Shown piece after piece: positions 55,755 through 64,000 of a stretch of 64,000 bases of DNA; the stretch's first letter is position 1; every line of letters starts with the position of its first letter. The notes under the pieces were generated by a model, which saw nothing but the letters and a program-made list of their open reading frames with translations, searched no databases and had not been told where the DNA came from. Both the position numbers and the translations under genes were made by a program. The DNA is from a virus, in IMG/VR virus record IMGVR_UViG_3300020281_001713; one strand, 5' to 3'.

Positions 55755-58251
55755 TACAGCATACGCACAAACGGTAAACCCTAATAACTGTCCTAACACG
55801 TACACAGGTTCATCAACAGCCTATGACAGCTATAATGCAACAGACTATTCTAATACAGTTATATGTAATAGTATACAATTAAAAAATCTAGTTGATAGTA
55901 CTATACTTAATTTTGAATTACCAACTGATGGACAAGGCTTACCTCAAAGTTTGTATGATCCTAGCACAGACACGCTTTCTTTTTCACAACAGGCAGGACT
56001 ATTAGTAACAGCTAAAGCTTCTTTTGCTATCAATGCCGCATTACAAGCCGCAGGTATTGGTTTAGAATTTAGAGGATTTAAATATGAATGGGAAGTATAC
56101 AAGCCAACAGCTAGCAGTGAATTAAAAATTACTGTGAGGATTAAATCAAATGGCTCCGGTGGATTAGTAGGTAATGGGTTAATTTATCAAGCAACACACA
56201 ATTATACAGGAACAGCGTTTACATCTTGGACCTTACGTGACGATACAGGATTTGGTAAGCCACCGTTTGCATTTGTAATACAAGATGAATGGACTGTAGA
56301 GGGTGAGGTAAAAAATGATGATCCACAGAATAAGATACGTAATATGAAATATACATTTTCTTATGCACCTAAAATAGGTCATGAAGATGACTTCGATCCT
56401 AATTATGTATATCCCGGACAGCAACAAGACACAACTACAACTAAAACAGACTTCGAAGAACAATGTGAAATAGATCCCCAGTTTAGTCCAGGTTGTGCAG
56501 ATTACGTAGATCCTAACATAGATGATGGCATAAATGACGGTGGTAATTCACATACAGGATTAGGACATAATGATGATTTACAAGAAGAACTAGCTAACGC
56601 AGGTATTGATAATTTAATTAGCGATACTGCACTACAAACTGGTACTAATGCAGATGGTTCACTTAGCTCGGCTATAATAGATACCGGTGCAGACATACAA
56701 GATGGTACAGGTGGGCATCACGATGGGCATCACGATGGTAGTTTACCAGAAATGCCTGAAGATACTATTGCTGTCATTATGATTGTTGATAATACCGGAG
56801 AACCTTTACAAGAAGATCAGCTATTAGAATTAGATGAAATACTTAATGAAACACTAATGGATTTACCTGGAGGTCCAGATTTAAATATGGATGTCGTGCA
56901 AGATGCTCTAAATGATGCTTTGGATGAAATAGGCGGAACTATAGAAGTAATAGAGTTACCCGAAGCCGAAATACAAGCTATTGATGAACAATTACAAGAA
57001 CTATCAGGAGGTCCGCCAATTACTGGTAATCCCCAAGGACCTGGAAATGGACAAAATATCGAACCTAATATGGGCGGGCCAAATTTAGATGCATTGCCTA
57101 TAGAAGGTGACATAAGCACCGAAATATCAGAAAGTGGAGAAGTTGCATTAGAAGTAGACGGCACTCTAAGTAACTTGCCTGAAGAACCAGGAGGGCCTGA
57201 TCGAGAAGAAATAATTGATGTAGAGCCAGTTGAGTCAGTAGTTGAAAGTGCAGTAGAAGAAGTTGCTGTAGTATCTGAAACTGGTACAATATCAGAAACT
57301 GCCCCTGTAGCCAAACCAACTTTAAGTGTTATACAAAAGAAAGCACTTAGTATAGCATCAGCAACAACAGTTGCCGCTATAGAAGTAGCAGGGCAACAAG
57401 CATACGCAAGCACTACAAGCGGTATAGCACAGTCACAAAGTGGATCTAGTTTAGACGCTCAAGGAAGTAACAGTGGAAGCACAGGCAGTAATTTAGATGG
57501 ATCTCCATCTAGCGGCAGTGATAGCGGAATGAGCTTTGGTAGTACAGGCAGTTCAAGCGGAATGGACACAGGTTCATCGACTACAGCAAACAACAACACA
57601 GGTAATTTTAACATAGAGCAAAATAATAACACAGGCCCACAAACAGTTCTAGGACAAGGTACATCCTCTACAGGAGATGTAGAAATTTCATCTATTATAG
57701 CAGATTCAAGTATTAGTTCGCTTAATCAAAGTGGACCCAGCGGTGTATTTGAATCAGAAGAAAATTTAACTGGGCAGATTGATACTGGAGAAGGACTTGC
57801 CAAAGGAGGAGCAATCACATACGAAGAAACCAATGAGACTATGTTTGGCACTATTGTTATTCCACAGTTAGACTTTACAGTACGTGAAATGATTGATGCC
57901 GTAATTAGACAAACACTTGTTGACGCAGGAGCAGAACCAGAATTTTTAACACTAGACGAAGTATCTGAACAAGAACTTAAAGAACAACAAGCCTTAGAAG
58001 ACAGGCTTGTACAAGAAGCTATAGCAGGAAGCACAAGCGAAGATGCTAATGCGGCTTTGTTGGGATATAACCCAACATTTAGAGACTATGTAACCCCTCA
58101 AGTATATGGTGCTGGGACACAAGCATTTTATGCACCAGAAGAAATATATACGGGTAACAGAAATTATGATAACCCTAATCAACGTTTCTTCAATGGAGCA
58201 AGTGATGCACTACATAGAAAAATGATTAGATTACAATATGGAGAAAACTAA
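55690..58251 (+). CDS. Large exported acidic protein
   Basis: Signal peptide, C..DPQFSP.C motif, Ser/Gly-rich stretch, C-terminal MIRLQY. Confidence 0.75.
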   Translation: MIKSTELLWASAVLACYYFFSSTAYAQTVNPNNCPNTYTGSSTAYDSYNATDYSNTVICNSIQLKNLVDSTILNFELPTDGQGLPQSLYDPSTDTLSFSQQAGLLVTAKASFAINAALQAAGIGLEFRGFKYEWEVYKPTASSELKITVRIKSNGSGGLVGNGLIYQATHNYTGTAFTSWTLRDDTGFGKPPFAFVIQDEWTVEGEVKNDDPQNKIRNMKYTFSYAPKIGHEDDFDPNYVYPGQQQDTTTTKTDFEEQCEIDPQFSPGCADYVDPNIDDGINDGGNSHTGLGHNDDLQEELANAGIDNLISDTALQTGTNADGSLSSAIIDTGADIQDGTGGHHDGHHDGSLPEMPEDTIAVIMIVDNTGEPLQEDQLLELDEILNETLMDLPGGPDLNMDVVQDALNDALDEIGGTIEVIELPEAEIQAIDEQLQELSGGPPITGNPQGPGNGQNIEPNMGGPNLDALPIEGDISTEISESGEVALEVDGTLSNLPEEPGGPDREEIIDVEPVESVVESAVEEVAVVSETGTISETAPVAKPTLSVIQKKALSIASATTVAAIEVAGQQAYASTTSGIAQSQSGSSLDAQGSNSGSTGSNLDGSPSSGSDSGMSFGSTGSSSGMDTGSSTTANNNTGNFNIEQNNNTGPQTVLGQGTSSTGDVEISSIIADSSISSLNQSGPSGVFESEENLTGQIDTGEGLAKGGAITYEETNETMFGTIVIPQLDFTVREMIDAVIRQTLVDAGAEPEFLTLDEVSEQELKEQQALEDRLVQEAIAGSTSEDANAALLGYNPTFRDYVTPQVYGAGTQAFYAPEEIYTGNRNYDNPNQRFFNGASDALHRKMIRLQYGEN

Positions 58252-58742
58252 TGGCTGAACTAGAATTTGGCGGAATGAAATTTCGCGGAGGTAGACTAGT
58301 AACAATATTAACTGCACTTTCAATGTTAGGAGGAGCGGCATGGGGATCATTTGAATTTTATAATGATTATCGAATGATGAAAAAGAAAATTAATTCATAT
58401 GTGGCACCCGACCTTTCATCTATCAATGAACGTTTATCTGTAATGGAAGAACAAGTAGTAAACGCTGTGGACAATACTCGGACAGTCAAAATTGACTTGA
58501 AAAGAGATATACAAACTATAGAAACACAGGTTGACAGAGTTGAAAAAATTGTTAAAGATACGCAGGATAATATAGACGAAACTCTACGTGAAGTAGAAAT
58601 AGTGAGTAGAGAATCTGAAAAAGATACTAGAGATAGAATGCGTGAAACCGAAGATAGAATAGATGCTGAAATGTTAAAATTAGAGAAAAAGATTTCAGAA
58701 CAAATTCAGGAGGCTTTAGACAACCCACTTGCACAACAATAA
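58251..58742 (+). CDS. TM plus coiled-coil protein
   Basis: EFGGMKFRGG, TM, coiled coil, ALDNPLA. Confidence 0.75.
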   Translation: MAELEFGGMKFRGGRLVTILTALSMLGGAAWGSFEFYNDYRMMKKKINSYVAPDLSSINERLSVMEEQVVNAVDNTRTVKIDLKRDIQTIETQVDRVEKIVKDTQDNIDETLREVEIVSRESEKDTRDRMRETEDRIDAEMLKLEKKISEQIQEALDNPLAQQ

Positions 58743-58952
58743 ATATTTGTGTAATGATATATCGGTGTGAAGCACAACAAGCTATATTAGAGCTAAGGGA
58801 TAAAGGTGGTTCTTCTGCTTTATATAAGCGAGGACAACTAATGTTTGTTGGTTCAAGTTCAGTTGCAATGAAATGGTTTGTAGATTTGTGTGGTAAAGAT
58901 CTAGATATGAAAACGCTTAAGGCTTTGAGAAAACGTTTAGATGTGCGTAAAG

Positions 58953-59141
58953 CTAACTCGTAGTCATATGAAATAGTGCTGGACCAAAACTACTAGCCGC
59001 CCATCCAAGTGCAATAATAGTAATTAGACCATAGATAAGCCATTTTACTTTAAAATCATCTACTACCATTTTTAGTGCAACAAGTTCGTTGCCTAGCACT
59101 CTAACAGCTACTTCTAGTTTTCCTGTATTATCTTCTGCCAT
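58953..59141 (-). CDS. Small membrane protein
   Basis: LEVAVRVLGNELVA plus TM. Confidence 0.6.
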   Translation of the reverse strand: MAEDNTGKLEVAVRVLGNELVALKMVVDDFKVKWLIYGLITIIALGWAASSFGPALFHMTTS

Positions 59142-59624
59142 TTACCATTTTCCTCTATCCATCCCAACAAGGTATACCATACCGATCAAAAGACCAGCTA
59201 TAGCGGCTAATCCTATTATGACCATTATAATCTCAAAAACTTTGCGTCTACGTTCTTGTTGATCGTAAATTGCTTGTTGGCGTTTTTTACGTATGTCAGC
59301 TTCTGTTTTCAAAAGTTCTTCCCAAGCACTAGGTCCGCGAGTCATACTTATAATTGTTTTAAGCTCTGCTCGCATATCTTCTGCTTTTTTCCTTGCCATG
59401 AAAGTTGCCATGGCCTCTTCTTCTACAGAACCTGCTTGAAATAATTTTTTAAATAGCGGCGGTTTCTTAGCGTATTCTTCTGCTTTCTTAATGTCACTTA
59501 CGGCACCCATCCAACGGCCAAGGTCACCCGCCATAGATTCTACTTCTCTACCAACTGCAAACCCTTGTTTGATTGTGTTAAATGCCGCTGTAGCGGTTGC
59601 CACTGCGGTGATTGGATCTATCAA
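59142..59624 (-). CDS. Hypothetical protein with C-terminal TM
   Basis: MIDPITAVATATAAF..IKQG. Confidence 0.7.
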   Translation of the reverse strand: MIDPITAVATATAAFNTIKQGFAVGREVESMAGDLGRWMGAVSDIKKAEEYAKKPPLFKKLFQAGSVEEEAMATFMARKKAEDMRAELKTIISMTRGPSAWEELLKTEADIRKKRQQAIYDQQERRRKVFEIIMVIIGLAAIAGLLIGMVYLVGMDRGKW

Positions 59625-59764
59625 TATACCCTACTTTCTGTAACGAATAATAGTTACCCCTCAATAGTATTTAGCCTTTTATTAAAATGCAATGTATATT
59701 CATTATCTATAAATAGTGAGTAAGAAGAAAACTTTTTACTAATCACCAATAAAAGGAGGGAACA

Positions 59765-60163
59765 ATGTACGTAACTGAAGCGATGATTAATAGCATGGAA
59801 GAAATGCAACGTAATGCTGGAGATATGGAAAAGCATATTAAAGCTATGATGGAAACTGAAGCTAGAATGCACGGCTTAGAACTAGACAGTAGAAACAACG
59901 CTAGAGATATGTGGGGACAATTATCTGCACATATGGCTAACATGCCAGCAGACGAACCAGTAATGGACGAAGATGAAGAAGCTTTAGATGATGAAGCACA
60001 TTGGGAGCAACCAGAAATGACTCCAATGGAAGAAGCACCTATTGAAGTTGAACATACTCATGCAGATGGCACTACTCATGCACACGAAGGTGGAGATGTT
60101 GAACATACCCATGATGAACCTGTAATTGAGCAACCATCAGATGGTACAACACCACATGGTTAA
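59765..60163 (+). CDS. Acidic, His-rich protein
   Basis: AGGAGG RBS; HTHADGTTHAHEGGDVEHTH. Confidence 0.7.
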   Translation: MYVTEAMINSMEEMQRNAGDMEKHIKAMMETEARMHGLELDSRNNARDMWGQLSAHMANMPADEPVMDEDEEALDDEAHWEQPEMTPMEEAPIEVEHTHADGTTHAHEGGDVEHTHDEPVIEQPSDGTTPHG

Positions 60164-60248
60164 ATAACGGTAGACAAAACGTAATAACTATGTTATATTA
60201 TTAGTGGGGCTATAGAAATATAGGCCCACTATTTCTCTAAGAGGCATA

Positions 60249-60860
60249 ATGAACTTTAAATTACCGAAAAGAAAACATACACATGTAGTTGTTATACACG
60301 GAGCAAATGCTAGTCCAAAAAGTTTCAACTACATATTAGAAAATACCAACCTAACTAATGTAACAAAAGTTAGGTATTTTAGTGGCGATGGTTTCTATAA
60401 TAATTTAGAGAAACTTAAAATACAATTACAAGGTATAGAAAAATGTTTTGTAATTGCTCATAGCCTTGGCGGTATCTATACCTTGCATTTATTGCAACAC
60501 ATCAATATAATTGGAGTTGTTAGTATAGCTACACCATTTGGAGGAAGTATGACTGCTGACTGGGTGAAATATTTAATCCCAAGAAGATTGTATTCAGAAA
60601 TAGGGGTATCTAGTTCTCCTATTACAAACGGACATAAGATTGCAATTAATATACCTTGGACACAGATAGTGACTACTGAAGGTGCTATTCCTGTACATTT
60701 TTCAAAAAATGATGGAGTAGTTACATACAAAAGTATGACACATAGGAAAGACATGCAATTTTTTGAAATACCTTATAATCATTATGAGATTATGAATTCT
60801 CCTGAAGTTGTGCATACAATTAATAAGAAACTAAAGTCTAACTTTATTTACTTTGGTTAA
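60249..60860 (+). CDS. Alpha/beta hydrolase
   Basis: IHGA, AHSLGG, TPFGGS, NDGVV, NHYE. Confidence 0.85.
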   Translation: MNFKLPKRKHTHVVVIHGANASPKSFNYILENTNLTNVTKVRYFSGDGFYNNLEKLKIQLQGIEKCFVIAHSLGGIYTLHLLQHINIIGVVSIATPFGGSMTADWVKYLIPRRLYSEIGVSSSPITNGHKIAINIPWTQIVTTEGAIPVHFSKNDGVVTYKSMTHRKDMQFFEIPYNHYEIMNSPEVVHTINKKLKSNFIYFG

Positions 60861-60900
60861 ACGACGGGTGGCTCCTTAATCAGCCCGGTGGGGATCACGG

Positions 60901-61320
60901 TTAATCCCCAATTATATAAATTTCGGGACTTTCAGGATTACTTACTGTTATTTCAATAAAGTTTGAAAGAAAATTAAAATGCTTAGATAAAGTGCCGAAA
61001 AGTTCTCCATTCATATAGTCGGCCGCTACACTATAACTACCTATACCTATATCTTGATAATAACTTTTTTTAATACCATGTCTCTTACCATATTCAGGAA
61101 ATACTCCTGTTACAAATAAACAAGTATCTCCTAATTCTTTAGGTGTCTTATTATTCATGTAGCTTTCTGCAAAAGTTCCTTTAGGTAAAAAATCTGGTTG
61201 ATCTACTTTAGAAGCAAGTAGCATAACAATATATGCTTCTATGTGATGTGGAAGTGTATAGCCTGTGCTATCTTGAGTTTGTTTAACAACGCCATAAAAA
61301 GCGTCTGTGTAATGATCCAT
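60901..61320 (-). CDS. Hypothetical protein
   Basis: KELGDTCLFVTGVFP...YY..IG..SY. Confidence 0.65.
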   Translation of the reverse strand: MDHYTDAFYGVVKQTQDSTGYTLPHHIEAYIVMLLASKVDQPDFLPKGTFAESYMNNKTPKELGDTCLFVTGVFPEYGKRHGIKKSYYQDIGIGSYSVAADYMNGELFGTLSKHFNFLSNFIEITVSNPESPEIYIIGD

Positions 61321-61408
61321 TAGTCAAAGCCTTTTCCAGTTGTAATATTATTTATTCGGTTGTACGATCTCAAAATTTGTGTTAAAATAAATATAATAGG
61401 AGAAAATA

Positions 61409-61603
61409 ATGACTATTGAATCACTTTATAAAAAAGAAGAAATCTTTACCAATGTTGATAAAGAAAAAGGCACAGTCGATATGACTATTCCGGAAGAAGT
61501 TAAATCCAGAATGGGCTGGAAAGAAGGTGACGTCCTTGCATTTAAGGTTTTGGACGATGGAAGCATAGAAGTTACCAAAAAAGACCTTGACTCAGCATCA
61601 TAA
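61409..61603 (+). CDS. AbrB/MazE-fold protein
   Basis: TIPEEV..RMGWKEGDVL. Confidence 0.75.
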   Translation: MTIESLYKKEEIFTNVDKEKGTVDMTIPEEVKSRMGWKEGDVLAFKVLDDGSIEVTKKDLDSAS

Positions 61604-61642
61604 TGATGCTATAATATATTACAGTTAGACAGCTAGGATATT

Positions 61643-62173
61643 GTGGATATGAGTAACTATATTGATTATTTGAGCGGCCAAAATATGATGGAAGTAAACA
61701 TCAAAGGTGGTACTGTCACGCAGAAAAAATATGCTGAAAGTATAACATGGTTTGTATGTAGGAAGTTAATGCCTAGGCTGATGAACAAATTAGTAATTAA
61801 TATACATATCAAATCTTTTGGTAAGGACGATACACTAGGTTATTGCTTGCCTGATGATGATGCTGATGAACAGCGTCCAAGAGAGTTTAACATTGAAATC
61901 AACAAAACCTCTAGACTACGTCGATTATTAGAAACAGTTGCACACGAGTTAGTACATGCAAAACAATTTGCAAGAGGTGAATTGTATTGGAGCACAATCA
62001 AAGGACAAAACCGTTGGCAGGGAGAGTGGCTTAGTAATACACGTAAGGCAGTAAAAGACTACTGGGACCAACCTTGGGAAATAGAAGCTCATGGCAGAGA
62101 ATGTGGGTTATTTGTCCGTTGGGCAGAACAGGAAGGACTTGCTAGTAGAAAATGGGCACAGGATCTAAATTAG
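61643..62173 (+). CDS. HExxH metallopeptidase-like protein
   Basis: TVAHELVHAKQ...GEL...PWEIEA. Confidence 0.7.
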   Translation: MDMSNYIDYLSGQNMMEVNIKGGTVTQKKYAESITWFVCRKLMPRLMNKLVINIHIKSFGKDDTLGYCLPDDDADEQRPREFNIEINKTSRLRRLLETVAHELVHAKQFARGELYWSTIKGQNRWQGEWLSNTRKAVKDYWDQPWEIEAHGRECGLFVRWAEQEGLASRKWAQDLN

Positions 62174-62236
62174 AGGTTGACAATATATCTATTGATGCTA
62201 TACTATGTATATTAATTAGGCAAAATAGAGGCGCAA

Positions 62237-62983
62237 ATGTTCCAAACTAAAGAAGCATTTAAAAAAGAAGAGCTCACCCAAGAGCTTATGGGCGAAATGC
62301 AAATAAAAGAAATCAAGCAAGCAAAAACATCAGAAGTTATTGCCGTTGCATGTGCGGCTTATCGTATCAATAAAAATGAATATGTTAGAGATACAAGAAG
62401 GTTCAGCACACCAGAAAACAATACTTTGTTTGCCAATAAAGAATTAGTAAAAATGTATTTTGGCGCATATAGGCCAGAAGATTATATTCCATTTCAACCT
62501 ACCGAAGAAGATTATGCACAGGCAGAAGAAATTCGTAAATGGATGAAAAGGTATGTATTATTAGGTTTAGGTGATTTGCCTGAATTTAAACGTGATATGG
62601 TTAACGCCGCTTTACAGGAAGAAACTACAAAAAGGTATTTTGGTATACTTGCCTTTATTCCAGCATTTGTTAAAAGAGACAAACATGAAAGTGGTTTAAA
62701 GAAAGAAATTCGTGTAGAATATAGAGATAGTAAACATCTCGGTAAAGAAAAAGATACTGTAGAAGGCGTAATAAAAATATTAGATGGCCGCTACAGTGAT
62801 AGATGGGAAAGCTACAATTATACAGCCGTTATGGACGGTAACCTTGTAAGCTTTATGAATAAGTATAAGCACGAAAATGGCACTATGAAACGTATTAAAG
62901 CAAAAGTAAGGTCTCTTACTGAAAATCGACTGTTTGGTGCTAACGAAACTCGTTTAAACTACGTAAAATTATTTAAGGTATAA
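62237..62983 (+). CDS. Hypothetical early protein with OB-like C-terminus
   Basis: Early promoter; ends ETRLNYVK. Confidence 0.6.
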   Translation: MFQTKEAFKKEELTQELMGEMQIKEIKQAKTSEVIAVACAAYRINKNEYVRDTRRFSTPENNTLFANKELVKMYFGAYRPEDYIPFQPTEEDYAQAEEIRKWMKRYVLLGLGDLPEFKRDMVNAALQEETTKRYFGILAFIPAFVKRDKHESGLKKEIRVEYRDSKHLGKEKDTVEGVIKILDGRYSDRWESYNYTAVMDGNLVSFMNKYKHENGTMKRIKAKVRSLTENRLFGANETRLNYVKLFKV

Positions 62984-62988
62984 AAATA

Positions 62989-63210
62989 ATGATAAGATTA
63001 AAACCACCCGCTGGGGAATCAGAAATAATAATAGATCTTACCGGTCCTGAAGGTAATGCATTTCATCTAATGGCATATGCAAAACAATTATGCAAAAGGC
63101 TTGGATGGGATTCTAATGGAATTCTTGAGGAAATGAAGAAAGGCGATTACGAGCACCTTGTACAAACATTTGATTTACACTTTGGTGAATTTGTAATTTT
63201 GGAGAGATAG
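62989..63210 (+). CDS. Hypothetical protein
   Basis: IDLTGPEGNAF.LM...GDYEHL. Confidence 0.65.
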   Translation: MIRLKPPAGESEIIIDLTGPEGNAFHLMAYAKQLCKRLGWDSNGILEEMKKGDYEHLVQTFDLHFGEFVILER

Positions 63211-63423
63211 ATGACATTTTTTACTGCAAATATTTTATGGTTGCTTTTTGCTTATGTTTCGGGTAGTGTTTTTACTGGATTTGTTTTTTATAAGTCTGGC
63301 ACTCGAAATGGTATAGAAAGTACTATTGATAATTTAGTTAGCCAAGGGTTTCTTCGTCATAAAAGAGTAAATGGTGAAATTGAAATCCTTAAATGGAACG
63401 ACTCGGCCAGCGAAGAAGCTTAA
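63211..63423 (+). CDS. Small membrane protein
   Basis: N-terminal TM. Confidence 0.55.
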   Translation: MTFFTANILWLLFAYVSGSVFTGFVFYKSGTRNGIESTIDNLVSQGFLRHKRVNGEIEILKWNDSASEEA

Positions 63424-63698
63424 ATACAATGCAATACAAACATCAAAAAAGGGAGAGTCAAGTGACACATAAAGCACACAAAATTGAAAATAACAAAATA
63501 ACTTTAGATAACTCATTAGATTCAGATGACTATGGGCTAATTGTATCAAAGAACGGAGAACTAAAAGGTATTTGGATTCCGGATACTGTGGAAGATAAAG
63601 AAAACTTTCCAAAAGCAATCGCAAACCTTTGTATTAATTACTTTGGCTTGGATCCAAATGCTGATGAGGAATATCCTGCTACATTACACTAGGTAGAT

Positions 63699-63950
63699 AT
63701 GGAAGAAAAGAAAGCAACTATAAAGCAGTTAGCCGACCTTGCACGAGAAGGGGAAATGAAAGACCCTATCGATTGGGGTGAGTTAGCAGTTCAAGAAGAA
63801 CAAGCATATTTAATGATGGCTTCTCAAGTGTTGGAGCAAATGGAATCTTGCCCTGAAGATCAAAGGGCAGTAGTCGCAATGGCTACTATGACAAAATTGC
63901 TAGTAGAAAATTTTGTCCTTAATCTAAGATTGGAAGGAAAAGTTAAATGA
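63699..63950 (+). CDS. Hypothetical protein
   Basis: DPIDWG...MATMTKLLVENFVLNL. Confidence 0.65.
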   Translation: MEEKKATIKQLADLAREGEMKDPIDWGELAVQEEQAYLMMASQVLEQMESCPEDQRAVVAMATMTKLLVENFVLNLRLEGKVK

Positions 63951-64000
63951 CAACAACTATAGAAGATAGAGTAAGGAAACTAATTGTAGAATTTATTGAT
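63947..64000 (+). CDS. Probable acyl carrier protein, N-terminus only
   Basis: MTTTIEDRVRKLIVEFID resembles ACP helix 1; truncated by the window edge. Confidence 0.4.
   Translation, partial: MTTTIEDRVRKLIVEFID

Overview
A 64-kb, AT-rich, densely packed segment of a large T4-like (myovirus-type) bacteriophage genome. T4-type late promoters (TATAAATA/ATAAATA), sigma70-type early promoters, nrdA/nrdB/glutaredoxin, an exonuclease, tail/baseplate and virion-type proteins and many small ORFs support a phage origin. The host is most likely a marine alphaproteobacterium, based on ALA synthase, a permuted two-piece tmRNA, DUF1127, DUF1674, a ROSE-like thermometer and HO plus PcyX-like genes. The window carries many auxiliary genes: pstSCAB plus a porin, PEPCK, AOX, hemA, prs, ugd, guaC, NfuA/IscU, bS21, ClpS and Hsp20. 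The most striking element is a minus-strand unit at 8190-9680. It contains an Asn/Asp-tRNA-synthetase catalytic domain lacking the anticodon-binding domain, followed 8 nt later by an atypical 100-nt tRNA (GUU anticodon, U1-A72, G73, class-II D arm, very long variable arm, U37), then a glutamine (glnA-type) riboswitch controlling a DUF4278 peptide. Other notable signals are a candidate -1 frameshift at 29239-29248, a duplicated 33-nt leader hairpin in the pst operon, an unrecognised structured leader ahead of a small-protein/AOX operon, and apparent GCWGC avoidance. All family calls come from motif recognition by eye, not from database searches.
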